Assembly: GCA_000092065.1 (NCBI GenBank) | Contig: CP000594.1 | Length of the DNA: 64,000 nucleotides | Reading direction: 5' to 3' (one strand) | Source: Ostreococcus lucimarinus | Lineage: Eukaryota | In this document: one piece after another, positions 12,001 to 22,662 of the stretch | Numbering within the stretch: the first letter of the stretch is position 1 | Layout of the letters: the number at the start of each line of letters is the position of its first letter | Program-made: the position numbers and the translations under genes | Notes under the pieces: model-generated | The model's input: the letters and a program-made list of their open reading frames with translations, nothing else | The model's database searches: none | Told to the model about the DNA's origin: nothing

Positions 12001-12888
12001 CAATCGACTGTCATGCGACCAAAAGTATTGACCAGTGCGTTTGTGATCGACATTGCGAAGTACATTCGCGCCGCTGAGGCTGAAGAGGATTACCCTGGTC
12101 GCGACGAGCTTCGCGTGGGAGTTATGGCGTTGCTCGAGACGTGCGCACAGTGTACGAATGAGTTGATTCATAAGGTTGATGCGTTGACGCGTCACTTATT
12201 ACCGGCGCTGTGCGACTTACTCGAAGGAAGTGCGCACGTTGAAACTCGTTTCTTGGCGCTGAAGCTCATCTACGAACTCTTGCTGCCATTGCGTTTGGAT
12301 TTGGATATCGCCACGCAAAGCGGTCTCGATCGAAAAGTCGTTGCGCACCACTTGGACCAGCTCTTGATGCAAGACTTGTTCCCGATGTGCCCTGCGTTGA
12401 TCGATAGTGAAGACCCAATCCCATTGTACGCTTTGAAACTTCTCAGCGGCACGCTGGAGATTGAGCCCGCGCTTTGTCGCGAAATCATCGCCTTGGGTTT
12501 GGCGCCAAGATTCTTTGAGTTTCTCTCGCTCGAGCACACGAACAACAACGAGCACAACATACATCTGTGTCTCGCCCTCGCTCGATGCAAAGCGCTCAGC
12601 ACGCAATCATTGTGGGACTTCGACGCCCCTGCGAAAGTCGCGCAAGTATGTGCGTATAGCTACGAGCGAAACGTCACGCAGTTTGTCGAGCCCGCGCTCG
12701 GCATCGCCGCCACCCTCCTTCGCCGCGCCGCCGCCGACGCGCCTCGCGCCGCCGGAGACGCCGTCCCATCCGAAATCACCCCTCTCCTCGAGGTCGCGCC
12801 GACGCTTCGTCGGCTTGCAGCGACCATACCCGACGGTGCGCTCGCGCGCGATATCACTCATTCCCTCGACACCTTCAACGCGCATTAA
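9076..12888 (+). CDS. RUNKEL/ULK4-like Ser/Thr protein kinase with C-terminal HEAT/ARM repeats (1270 aa, single exon)
   Basis: N-terminal kinase domain YEAIGKGKHSTVYKGRRKKSIQYFAMKSV...HCDLKPSNMLLDEEGRIKICGFGLSR closely resembles plant RUNKEL and animal ULK4. A long helical-repeat region follows. ATG at 9076. Confidence 0.85.
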   Translation: MPTREYQMSDYHTYEAIGKGKHSTVYKGRRKKSIQYFAMKSVEKGQRNRVMHEVQVMKAFSHENVLKFIACYETQNHLWLILEYCVGGDLLTLLSQDLKLPEPSIMTFARDMFVAARELHSKGLVHCDLKPSNMLLDEEGRIKICGFGLSRKVSTVVASSGTPTQLSRRGTPCYMAPEMFTQEGVHSYATDLWALGCVLYECATGRPPFTSTSLTSLIEQILEHEPAPLPAAYGTTFKNLVSGLLIKRPHARLTWDQVINHEFWTERGGQYLDDLGDLVTLRLPPQPSFDALAAKLKSEDLAARLRMLGNARASGAVDVRDSFMPVLTQSLRDSVNVSRLSRIARSNLEREEVGSYAPSGAAAIEGDPLQVAAIHEDVELENPDAELNFTAPSGNDDLDVDMETEDVIIPSAPKTPPRGGRRGDDDYADENRAENFADPAESFGDEMQSDSDDATRIVLTPPTADAMLVDTRSPASTSRSLQTADDEFEETSSSMRRLAPLPAETPAVIGRTESRMPSLAARNDVLAKSVDYDKFKKLCTHSTDLTVRPIVSNHRIEVVKDAPHDPEKLPFKELSVDKMLATSQSELEAFLTRIYRSVAHPSNVQEKVNTLAYFETLCTEASSANVLANSSLMSMFVRVLGSSKSPPLKIKLCSIMGLLMRHATHISDEFAKSEAAKVLAGTMSDENSRVRRRAMAALGELSFYVATQQRPDASQVWGITDSVIEVFIKTLEEEEDEITKHYACKSIENIVSHEGSTWIQDAFAECRVVSVLFSIATNDAVDDQLRGTSASALARIVRLKSETLHPLVGEEDCDGSNARDGLVKMLRDRERKVQQAALNVLCRALVDEKSRLIATIMEVQTLLPILAGLYERSQTPIIKAKSLLAMALLIRAHPKWLQSLCKARVLPMLDRQPTQMDPYLQECFDTFVTTVVALVPVVNTGILQYVERSLSTGLSSENAMRPQAFELFPVLIHLLQSTVMRPKVLTSAFVIDIAKYIRAAEAEEDYPGRDELRVGVMALLETCAQCTNELIHKVDALTRHLLPALCDLLEGSAHVETRFLALKLIYELLLPLRLDLDIATQSGLDRKVVAHHLDQLLMQDLFPMCPALIDSEDPIPLYALKLLSGTLEIEPALCREIIALGLAPRFFEFLSLEHTNNNEHNIHLCLALARCKALSTQSLWDFDAPAKVAQVCAYSYERNVTQFVEPALGIAATLLRRAAADAPRAAGDAVPSEITPLLEVAPTLRRLAATIPDGALARDITHSLDTFNAH

Positions 12889-13147
12889 TTGTAACACAGA
12901 ACTCGCACGCGAGTCAACAGCACGCTGTCAACTCACACACAGATGCTCATTCGGTCAACAATCGACCGCACACCACGCGCGCGTCGCCGCACGACGTCGA
13001 GCGACACAGGGAGCCGTAACGGAACCGCACGGAACGTCACCTTCCGCCGCGCGCGAACGCTCGCGATAGACAACCGACGCGCGCGTTGTCGCAACGTCGA
13101 CCGGGACACGAAGCGTTTTTTCAACCGTCGCGCGCCTTCGCGTCATC

Positions 13148-14446
13148 ATGCCTCGAGATCACACCCGCGACGCCAAGCCGTGGACCGCGGAGGAAGATGC
13201 AGCGTTGTTGACGCTACAAGGCGCGCATGGGAACAGATGGAGCGAGATCGCGCGCGCGATGGGCACTCGGAGTGGACAACAGTGCGCACAGCGGTGGCGA
13301 CACAAGGTCAACCCAGGGATCCGACGGGAGCGGTGGAGCGAGGAGGAGGATGAAAAGGTGCGAATGCGGTCGATAACGTGAGCAAATGATATTGGTTACA
13401 TGCGTTGTGTGCGCAGAACACAATTTTGGTCGCGTGGCGGGAGAGATATCGTCGAGTGGTCCCGCGCGGTCCCGCGTCGTCTCAAACGATTTGACTGACG
13501 AAGAGAGCGATTTGATTTGACGTGACAGTTGAAGACACTGAAAGAGCGCTACGGGTCGAGATGGGCAACGATCGCGCGTGAAATGGGTGGTCGCACGGAT
13601 CAGCAATGTATGGGACGGTGGAGACGACATCTCGATCCGACAGTGACTCGCGGCGCGTGGGCTCGGGACGAAGACGAGCTCTTGTGCGGGTTGTACGACG
13701 AGTACGGTCCGCGATGGTCATTCATCTGTCAGAGCGTTCCGGGTCGCACCGCGCAACAATGTCGCGCGCGATGGTTTCAAGTCGACGGTAAGCCCAGGGA
13801 AGAGCGCGATCATCGCCCGTCCAGGCGGCAATCGCCCGTCGAGACTTCATCTCATGGACCCGCGGAGGATCATCCAGCGCGGCGATTTTCCGATCATGAA
13901 GGGTTGGTGACGCGTACTTCGATCGATTCGATGCCCATGGCGAGTCTGTCGCCAACACCAGTCGCTGAAAAACGACCATTCAGTCACATTCTGGCCGAAG
14001 TCAGCGCGCGCACGACGCAAAAGACTGGATCGTTAATAGAATCCGCCTCCATAGCGACTGCGCTCGGGCGCGCTTCGCCGGCGACTCTCTCAAAGCGCAA
14101 ACAAGTATCGACAGCGCTGGATCCGATGTCGCTTTGGCGCGACGTCGGCGGTACGAAAGCCGTCGGTAGCTTGGCGCCGACACTCGTGGAAGATGGTAAG
14201 CGCAAACGCGGACGCCCGTCGAAGACGGTGGACGCGCCGCGGTCGCCGATGGCGAGGCTTTCGGTACAATCTCCTCGCGCATCATCGGTGTATGCACCGC
14301 GAACGCGCGCGCGAGCGTCGACGGCATCTGCATCATCCAAATCTACGCCTCATTCGTCAGTGATTGGTCGATCGACAGAAGAGGATAAACTCTCCGTTTT
14401 GCTCGGCGTCGCGCTCGGTCGAAGCGACGGCGCGGCGCCGCGTTGA
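13148..14446 (+). CDS. R1R2R3-type (three-repeat) MYB DNA-binding protein; exons 13148..~13357 and 13529..14446
   Basis: Three SANT/Myb repeats. R1 is WTAEEDAALL..RWSEIARAMGTRSGQQCAQRWRHKVNP in exon 1. R2 is LKERYGSRWATIAREMGGRTDQQCMGRWRRHLDP and R3 is WSFICQSVPGRTAQQCRARWFQ, both in exon 2. The exon join EEEDEK|LKTLKERYG restores the Myb repeat spacing. Confidence 0.8.
13358..13528 (+). other. Spliceosomal intron (~171 nt) in the MYB gene; donor GTGCGAAT, acceptor ..GACAG
   Basis: The frame-0 junction leaves an in-frame TGA inside the intron. Homology-guided placement. Confidence 0.6.
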
Positions 14447-14497
14447 ATCGGCTAGGGAAAAATAATGTTGGTTTGCTGCTCGTGTTGTAACGACAAA

Positions 14498-15277
14498 CTA
14501 CGAAGAGAAAAACGTTTTTATGAGCGCTGGATTCGGGAGTCGATAGCTACGCCGCGACGCACTCGAGGAGCGCTTGAAAGTCCGCCTCCTCGTTCGCGTC
14601 GGGGAGGGCGTCAAAGCGCGCGTCGTCGAGCCACGCGAAATCGTCGATGTCAATCCCATCGAGGTCATCTTGACTTTCTGAATGAATCCCCGATTCTGAT
14701 TCCGCGCCGCGGGCGAGGTCGCCGTCCAGGCTCCCGAGCGCGCCCTCGACGTCGTCCGAGTTCGCGCTCGGCGAGTTCGCCCGTCGTCGTCGTTTGCGGT
14801 TGGCATATTCATCGCGCTTTTCTCGCCGGCGCGTGGCTCGTCCCCGCGCGTCGCTCCAAACGGGCCCTCTCCGACGCGTCGACGAGACGAATCCCTTCGT
14901 CTCCTCTTCGCGTCTTCGATAGCCCTCGCGACGCGCGCGAGTTCCGAGCGCGTAGTCCGGCTTCGCGACCGCGTATAATCCGCCCCCGACGACGACGGCG
15001 TCCGCGCCGGCGTCCGCTCCCCATCGCTCGCGCGCGACGACGCCACCCTTCCGTCCCATCCCGCGCGCCGCTCGCGCGTCAGCTCCGACAGCGCGTCCTT
15101 CAGCACCGCGTTCTCCGTCGCGAGCGCGCGCGTCAACCGCTCGAGCGCGTCCACGCGTCGCCGCGCGTCCCGCTCGAGCGCCCGCTTCCGCGCCCGCGAC
15201 GCCGCGCTCGCCGCGCGATTCGCCTCGAGTCGACGCGCGCGTCGCGTCGCGTCGTCCGCGTCGCGCGTCGCCATCGC
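14498..15277 (-). CDS. Candidate bZIP transcription factor (Arg-rich, low complexity)
   Basis: Basic region RRARRLEANRAASAASRARK resembles the bZIP N-x7-R pattern. Leu heptads follow (LERLTRALATENAVLKDALSEL). High-GC low-complexity context, so the call is tentative. Confidence 0.35.
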   Translation of the reverse strand, partial: AMATRDADDATRRARRLEANRAASAASRARKRALERDARRRVDALERLTRALATENAVLKDALSELTRERRAGWDGRVASSRASDGERTPARTPSSSGADYTRSRSRTTRSELARVARAIEDAKRRRRDSSRRRVGEGPFGATRGDEPRAGEKSAMNMPTANDDDGRTRRARTRTTSRARSGAWTATSPAARNQNRGFIQKVKMTSMGLTSTISRGSTTRALTPSPTRTRRRTFKRSSSASRRSYRLPNPALIKTFFSS

Positions 15278-16126
15278 GCGCGCGTCGGCGTGTGCGTCGA
15301 CGCGGTCGGCACCCGCGGCGTCGGACGCGTGGTCGCGCGTTTCGATTGGTCGGCGGCGTGCATCGCGCGTTTCGATTGGTCGGCGCACGTGCGTCGATTC
15401 GCGCGTTTTACACCGCGCGAACGCGATGTGCGCATATATGCGACGCGGGTAAACCCTACACGTGCGCGCGTGTGTCCGTTCCGTGTGTGTGTTACGGTCT
15501 CGCATTTGAACGCGTCGCCGCGGGATCGCGCGCGCGCGCGGTCACACGACGAACGCGCGCGCGGGATCGCGCGCGCGCGCGACGTCCGACGCGACGCATC
15601 GACGGCGACGCGTTTACATCGACGCGCGCGACGCGCGAAATCGGCGCTCGAACGCGACGGACGCGCGGAGCGACGGTATTAACACGCGCGGACGACGGGG
15701 CGACGGCGCGGGCGATCATGGAGGCGACGACGACGACGACGACGACGGGCGCGGGAGAGCGCGACGAAGCGCGGCGATCGCTCGAAGCGCTCGGTGAACG
15801 CGAGTTTCTGGATGATTTGGTGCGCGGCGACGCTCGAACGCGCGAACGGGGACGGAATAGGGGATATTAAGAATGCGGACGCGCGAGGGCGATTGGCGCG
15901 CGGCGCGAGGGGCGGACGCGCGAAGCGCGCGACGAGGACGCGGGCGCGGCGACTGACGACGACGCGATCGACGGTGATTGGTTTTCGCGATAGATATTGA
16001 CGCTGAGGAAGGATCCGGCGCTCGCGCGAGAGGTTCCCGAGGGCGTGGGTGGGTGACGACGCGCGGCGCGAATCTCGTCGGAGCGGCGAATCGTCGCGAT
16101 TTCGGAGGCGCGCGCGGCGCGTTTGA

Positions 16127-16627
16127 TTCGGCGCGGCGCGGACGAGCGATCGAGAGACTGACGACGAGGACGACGACGCTCGATCGCGAATCGCAGACTA
16201 CTCGCAGTTCCCGCAGCGCACGGTGAATGGTTTTAAACTGGATTTGTTTGGGTTGTATCACAACGTGTGCGCGCGGGGAGGTTTTCCCGTGGAGACGAAT
16301 GGGTCGGCGAGCAAGGTGCCGTGGTCGTGGAGCAAGGAAATTTTCAAGGGCATGGCGAACTGGACGGACAACCATCGGTGCACGTCGGTGGGGCACGATT
16401 TAATCTGCAGCTATCGCAAGTACTTGCTCGCGTACGAGCAGGCGCACCCGGAGGACGTCGACACGAGCGGCGCGCCCGTGGACGCGAACGCGGTGCCGCG
16501 CGGCGAGCAGACGATTCGAACGCGCGTGGCGACTGGCGCGCCGCAACGACGACGCGCGGGCGAAGGCGGCGCGGGAGGGAGTGGACGCGGGCGCGGACGG
16601 CCGCGCAATCCCGACGGCGGCGGTGGA

Positions 16628-16665
<38 letters not shown>

Positions 16666-17956
16666 ACCGCCGGGATTGCCCTCGCGAGGCGGGAACAATT
16701 TCAACTTTTCCATCGGCAATCGCGTGCGCGTGTACTGGCCGAGCGATAACGATTGGTACTCGGGGATGGTCGTGATGCAGGAGACGACGCCGGAGGGGGT
16801 GGTTTACAGTAAAATTGATTACGACGATGGTGATGAAGAAGTTTTGAATCTTTCAAACGAGATTTGTGAGTGTTTGGACGACGACGAAGATGGATTAGTG
16901 TATCGCCCGAGACCGAGCTCGAGGCGAGGCGCGAACACGGGCACTCCTGGGCAATTGGCGTTGGAGTACCAAGGTGGACACGAGCACGAGACGATGCGGC
17001 AGCCGATATCTATGGAAGAAGTCCTCGAGGCGATGAATCGTCGGGAAGCAGCGCGAGGTTTGTTTGAGCTATCGGCGGAACCGCACGAGGCGCAGGAAAC
17101 GTTTCGGCTCGGGTACATGATGGGCGTTCGTCGCGCCGCGTTCAAGGCGGTGGATGTCATGCAAACCATGCTGGCGAGGGCGTTTCCCGAGGGTGATCCG
17201 ATGCGGGATTTGGTGACGAAAGAAGATTTGCACAAGGCGGTGGTGGATGGCACGTACGAGGCTGATGCGGAGAGCGAGCTCGAGGAGGAACCGCCGGAGG
17301 ATGAAGCGAACGATCCCATTGAGACGAAGACGTACGATCGCCCTTGGCCGAAAGAAACTAATATCCCCACGGAACAGGAAGTGTCGGACGAATTAGAAGC
17401 CATGCGCGCCGCTGCAAAAGAACGGCAAGCGCAAATGCAGCAACCGCTCGACGCGGATGGGAACCCAAAATTGGTCTTCAAGGTGAAGCGATCGCGCGAG
17501 TCGACGGACGATTTAGTCGCTTCGGCGGATGGCAAAGACGTCGCGATGGACAATGCTGACAAGCAAACGGAAGGAACGAAACCAGCGGTGGAGATGACGA
17601 CTGGTACTGATCCCACCGGCGGAGAAGATGAAGAACCCGACGCGAAACGCCCTGCGCCCGAAGACGCCGCCGCGAGCGCCACGCCGCTCGGCGACCAACG
17701 CCGCATCGCCCTTAATAAAGTCGTCAATGTCGAATACGGCGGCGACAAGACCGTCCTTCGCTGGCTCGACACCCACGGCTGGGGTCATTACGCCGGTTCG
17801 TTCGCCGTCTACGGCGTCTCCCGCCGGACCCTGAACTACCTCTCGATGACAGATTTGGAAAACATTCAAGTCGACGCGCCGGCGCGCGCGCAAATGTTCA
17901 GAGCGCTCGATCGCCGTCGCAAGCGCAACGAAAAGTACCGCTTGAACGGCACATGA
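16127..17956 (+). CDS. ARID - RG/RGG-rich - Tudor/Agenet-like - SAM domain protein (main exon; N-terminal exon likely upstream at ~15718..15819)
   Basis: ARID core KLDLFGLYHNVCARGGF...KYLLAYE. (RGRG)n box. Tudor-like segment GNRVRVYWPSDNDWYSGMVVM...YSKIDYDDGDEEVLNL. C-terminal SAM-like segment VLRWLDTHGWGHYAGSFAVYGVSRRTLNYLSMTDLENIQV. The frame is open from 16127 with no ATG before the GTG called at 16223, so an upstream exon is required. A candidate first exon MEATTTTTTTGAGERDEARRSLEALGEREFLDDL at 15718.. contains the ARID N-terminal FLDDL motif. Confidence 0.75.
16629..16665. repeat. (GCGGGC)n hexanucleotide repeat encoding an (RG)n / RGG box in the ARID protein
   Basis: gggcgcgggcgcgggcgcgggcgcgggcgcgggcg. 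Confidence 0.9.
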
Positions 17957-18091
17957 CTTTTCATCGCAATTTGCATAGCACTTTTTAGCGTTTCATAAAA
18001 ACTTTCCACGCGTTCGCGACGAAGTCCATCCGCGTCTCGTCGCGCGGCGCCGCACACCGCGACGCGACATCCATCGCGAGATCGCGTCACC

Positions 18092-20953
18092 ATGTCCACC
18101 GGATGGCTCCGAGGCGTCGTCAAAGCCGTCCCCAGCGGTGATCAAGTCATCATCGCCGCACCGTGCGCGCCAGGGGTGCGTTCGCGCGCCGTACCGACCG
18201 ATTTCGTCGCGCGATGTCGACGCGACGGTTGCCCGATCGCGCGAAACTGACCACTCTCGCGACGATTCTCGCGCTCGCAGGCCCCGCCCGGCGTCGAAAA
18301 AACGCTCACGCTCGCCGGTATCGTCGCGCCGCGTCTCGGTCGCCGCGACGGGTCGAGCGCGGACGAGGCGTTCGCGCGCGAGTCGAGGGCGTCGCTGCGG
18401 CGCGCGCTCGCGGGACGACGCGTGTCGTTTCGCGTCGAGTACGCGGTGGAGTCGATAAATCGCGAGTTCGGCGTCGTGTTCACGGAGAGCGGGGAAAACG
18501 TGAGCGTGATGCAAGTGTCTAAGGGGCTGGCCAAGGTGAAGGCGCCCGGGGGGAACGATCGAGCGGTGGCGAACGCGGAGGAGTTGGAACGACGCGAACT
18601 CGAGGCGCGAGAAGCCGAGGCGGGGATGTGGAGTAAGGATCCCGCGGTGCTCGCGGCGGCGAGTCAGCGAACGGTCGTGCAGGCGATGAAAGCGGAGGAC
18701 GTGCTGGGTGCGTTGCGGATGAAACCGACGCCCGCGGTGGTGGATTACGTGCTGAACGGTGGGACGGTGAAGCTTGTGCTGACGGGGGACGGCGCGACGC
18801 GCGATCAGAATATCACGTTGTCTATCGGTGGGATTTCAGTGCCGTCCGTCGGGCGCAAGGGGGCGAAGAACGAAGATGGGACAGATCAAGGTCCAGAGCC
18901 GTTCGCGCTCGCGGCGAAGCATTTCACGGAGATGGCGCTCCTGCATCGAGACGTGCGGGTGATTTTGGAAGGTCTCGATCGTCGTAATAATTTCATCGGT
19001 TCAATCTTGCCCGCGGACGTGAACGATACGTCGTTCGTGAACGTCGGCGAAGAGTTGTGTCGGCTAGGTCTCGCGCAAGTGCACGAGGCGAGTGCGGCGG
19101 CGTTGATCGGTGGCGCGGCGACGCTTCGCGCGGCGGAGAAGATGGCCAAGGATCAGCAGTTGCGACTTTGGCATGGATACGTCCCGCCAATATCTTCCTT
19201 GAACGCGATGACGACGAAAGTCTTCGATGCCAGAGTAGTAGAAGTCATCAGCGGTGATTGCATTTCCGTGGTGCCGACGTCAGGGCCGGATACGTCTGAG
19301 AGACGAATCAATCTGTCGTCGATTCGGGCGCCTAGAATTTCCAACTCACGAGATGACAAGTCCAATCACGAACCTTGGGCGATAGAGGCAAAAGAGTTTT
19401 TGATCTCGCGTCTGATCGGGCGCACCGTATCGATTAATATGGATTACGCACGCAAGATTGGAGAAGGTGCGAACGAACGAACGTTGCACTTCGCCACGGT
19501 GAAGCTGCCAAACAACAAGACGGGCGGTGACCCGCTCAACGTTTCAGAGATGCTTCTCATGCGCGGTTTCGCGTCGTGCATTCGTCACCGTTCTGAGGAA
19601 GAACGTGCGGCAGACTACGATGAGCTCATCGCGGCGGAAAAGAAGGGCGTGGAGAGCAAAAAGGGAATGCACAACAAGAATCGCGAGGCGCCTGTACACA
19701 GGACGAATGATTTTAGCATCAACGCGCATAAGGCGAAGACGTTTTTGCCGTTTTTGCAACGCGCGGGTAAGTGCGTCGCTATGGTAGACTACGTCGCCGC
19801 TGGACACAAAATTCGAGTTTCAATTCCCAAAGAAGGCGCGGTGATCGCCTTTTGCTTGGCGGGCGTTCGCTGTCCCCAGCGCGACGAGCCGTACGCCGCC
19901 GAGGCGTTGGCGTACACGCGTTCTCGAATTCTTCAGCGAGAGGTGGAAATCGTGGTAGACTCCGTGGATAGAACTGGAATTTTCCTTGGCACCTTATTTG
20001 CGGACAACGGGCGATTAAATCTCGGTGAAGAACTCCTTCGAGCCGGATTAGGAAGCTTGCACCCGGCGTTCCCGGTGGATCGCGTTCACTACGGTCGCGC
20101 GCTCGCGGACATTGAAGCCGCGGCACGGGAAGTCAAGGCTGGTTTATGGAAAGACTGGACCCCTCCGATCGTCGAAGTAGACGGGCCTGAGGATAGTTCG
20201 ACCGGCGAACTCGTGCGAGTCGGCGTCACCGAGTGCGTCGCCGGGGGCCGATTCTTCGTGCAGAAGTTAGATGGGAGTAAGATTCAAGAGGTCACGGACA
20301 AACTCGCCGAGCTTTACGACGGCGTGGACACGAGCAAGCCGCACGATGGCGTGTTCGAACCAAAGCCTGGCGATGCCGTCGCCGCCAAGTTCACCGGAGA
20401 TGACAAGTGGGCGAGAGCCATCGTCACCGCGAAGCGCGTCGGTGATAAGCCCGTCAGCGTCTTCTACTGCGACTTTGGCAACGTCGAGGACATCGGTTTC
20501 AATCGTCTTCGACCTTTGAAGGATCCAACGGTCACCACAGTTGCTATCCCACCCATGGCCAACTTCTGCGCGCTTTCCTTCCTCAAGATTCCTCGCATCG
20601 ATTCCGATTACGGCTACGCCGCCGCTTCGCACGTCGGCAAACTCATCTCTGGCCAGGCTTTCCACGCCCGAATCGACGCCCGCGATCGTTTCCCCACCAC
20701 AAAACCATGGGAAATCGACGCACAGCCCGCGTTCTCGCTCACATTATTCCCCGACGCCAACGCTCGCGCCGCTGAATCCGTCGCCCTCGACCTCCTTCGC
20801 GCCGGCTTTGCGCGCGTCCACCGCCGCGCCGCCGCCCGTCGTCTCGATCGCGACGTCTTCGACGCCATGGTCGACGCCCAGGAGTCCGCGCGTCGCGCGA
20901 GGGTCGGTCAGTGGGAGTACGGCGACGTCGATTCCGACGACGACGCGTCTTAG
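18092..20953 (+). CDS. SND1: Tudor-SN / SND1 (staphylococcal nuclease domain-containing protein); exons 18092..~18175 and ~18281..20953
   Basis: Exon 1 reads MSTGWLRGVVKAVPSGDQVIIAAPCAPG. Exon 2 reads APPGVEKTLTLAGIVAPRLGRRDGS..., reproducing the SND1 N-terminus. It is followed by four SN-like domains and a Tudor domain (GDAVAAKFTGDDKWARAIVTAKRVGDKPVSVFYCDFGNVEDIGFNRLRPL). ~918 aa. Confidence 0.9.
18176..18280 (+). other. Spliceosomal intron (~105 nt) in the Tudor-SN gene; donor GTGCGTTC, acceptor ..CGCAG
   Basis: Phase-0 junction. The exon 1 frame otherwise runs into non-homologous Arg-rich sequence. Homology-guided placement. Confidence 0.65.
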
Positions 20954-21104
20954 CCTTGTAATCGCGTTCGCGTCTCCCGTCGCGTTTGAACGCGCCGCGC
21001 AGGCCGCGCCAAAACCCTGTTCTGGATAAGAAAAGCGAACAACGACGCGCGCGCGCCGCACACCGCGTCGCGCGACGCCGCCCGTCGGCGCGCACACGAC
21101 GACG

Positions 21105-22565
21105 ATGCACTCGCACGCGATGCGCGCGCGCGCGCCGCGCCCGCGCGCGAGCTCGCGCGCGTCGACGCTCGAAAGCGCGCGCCGAGGCCGATGCGACGGG
21201 ACGGGACGACGCGCGCTCGGACGCGTCGCGCGAAGCGCGAAGCGCGGCGACGGCGTCGCGACGCGCGCGCAGGGCGACGTCGACCTGCTGAATCACCTGG
21301 GAAAGAAGCGCGTGGTGATCACGGGGATGGGGGCGGTGACGGCGCACGGGGACGACGTGGATGAGATGTACGAAAAGCTGTGCCGAGGGGAGAGCGCGAT
21401 CGCGACGATCGATAAATGGGACACCGGAGAGATCGGAACGAAGTTCGCGGGGGAGATAAAAGCGTTCGATTGTGGGGATTATATGAATAAAAAGATGGCG
21501 CGCAGGGTGGATCCGTACATTGCGTACATGATCGTCGCGGCGAAGCGAGCGCTGGAGTCGGCAAAGGTGAACTGGAACGACGAGTCGGGGGAACATTACG
21601 TCGATAAAGCGTTGAGTGGATGTCTGATTGGTAGTGCGATGGGGGGGATGCAAACATTCGCGACGGCCACGGAGAATCTCGTGACGCAGGGACACAGAAA
21701 GATGAACCCGTTTTGCATTCCGTTTGCGATTACGAATATGGGAAGCGCGCTGACGGCGATGGATATTGGATTCATGGGGCCGAATTATTCGATCGCGTCC
21801 GCGTGTGCGACGGGCAACTTTTGCATCTTGAATAGCATCATGCACATTCAAAACGGAGAGGCGAACTTGATGCTCGCCGGGGCGAGCGACGCGGCTGTCA
21901 TTCCCATCGGTATGGCGGGTTTCTCCGCGGCGAAGGCGTTGAGCACGCGCAACGATGACCCCGCGGCGGCTTCGAGACCGTGGGACGCGAACCGAGACGG
22001 ATTCGTTATGGGTGAAGGTGCGGGCGTTCTCGTACTCGAATCTTTGGAAAGCGCATTGGCGCGCGGTGCGCCCATCGTAGCTGAAGTTTTGGGCGGGTTT
22101 GCGACGTGTGACGCTCACCACATGACTGAGCCTCGACCGGATGGCGTGGGCGTCAACTTTGCCATCGACAAGGCGCTCGAGATGACTGGCGTGAAGGCGG
22201 AAGATGTCAACTACATCAACGCTCACGCCACGTCCACGCCGGCCGGCGATATGGCGGAACTCCGTGTGTTGCAAAAGAAGTTCAAGGCGTCGGGGGCGAA
22301 GATTAATAGCACCAAGAGCTTGATCGGGCACTTGCTCGGCGCAGCTTCCGCCGTCGAAGCCGTCGTATGCATCAAAGCCATCACTAGCGGCGAAGTTCAC
22401 CCCAACAAGAACCTCGAAACCCCAGATGAAGGCGTTGACACCTCGATGTTGGTTGGCACAACGAGAGAAAAGCTCGACGTGAAGGTTGCTTTGTCCAATT
22501 CTTTTGGCTTTGGCGGGCATAACTCGGCGGTCCTGTTCGCTCCGTACAAGCCTAAACGCTCGTAA
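21105..22565 (+). CDS. 3-oxoacyl-[acyl-carrier-protein] synthase (KAS I/II, FabB/FabF type) with N-terminal Arg/Ala-rich presequence (plastid-type)
   Basis: KRVVITGMGAVTAHGDDVDEMYEKL...; an active-site Cys-containing segment; C-terminal NSFGFGGHN. ATG at 21105. Confidence 0.9.
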   Translation: MHSHAMRARAPRPRASSRASTLESARRGRCDGTGRRALGRVARSAKRGDGVATRAQGDVDLLNHLGKKRVVITGMGAVTAHGDDVDEMYEKLCRGESAIATIDKWDTGEIGTKFAGEIKAFDCGDYMNKKMARRVDPYIAYMIVAAKRALESAKVNWNDESGEHYVDKALSGCLIGSAMGGMQTFATATENLVTQGHRKMNPFCIPFAITNMGSALTAMDIGFMGPNYSIASACATGNFCILNSIMHIQNGEANLMLAGASDAAVIPIGMAGFSAAKALSTRNDDPAAASRPWDANRDGFVMGEGAGVLVLESLESALARGAPIVAEVLGGFATCDAHHMTEPRPDGVGVNFAIDKALEMTGVKAEDVNYINAHATSTPAGDMAELRVLQKKFKASGAKINSTKSLIGHLLGAASAVEAVVCIKAITSGEVHPNKNLETPDEGVDTSMLVGTTREKLDVKVALSNSFGFGGHNSAVLFAPYKPKRS

Positions 22566-22662
22566 ACGACGCTTGATAATGTTATAAGAACTAGTCACCT
22601 GAATCACCGAACGTTCCTTCGTGCGTGCGCTTATATTTGATTGCCTAACGTATTGCAAATTG

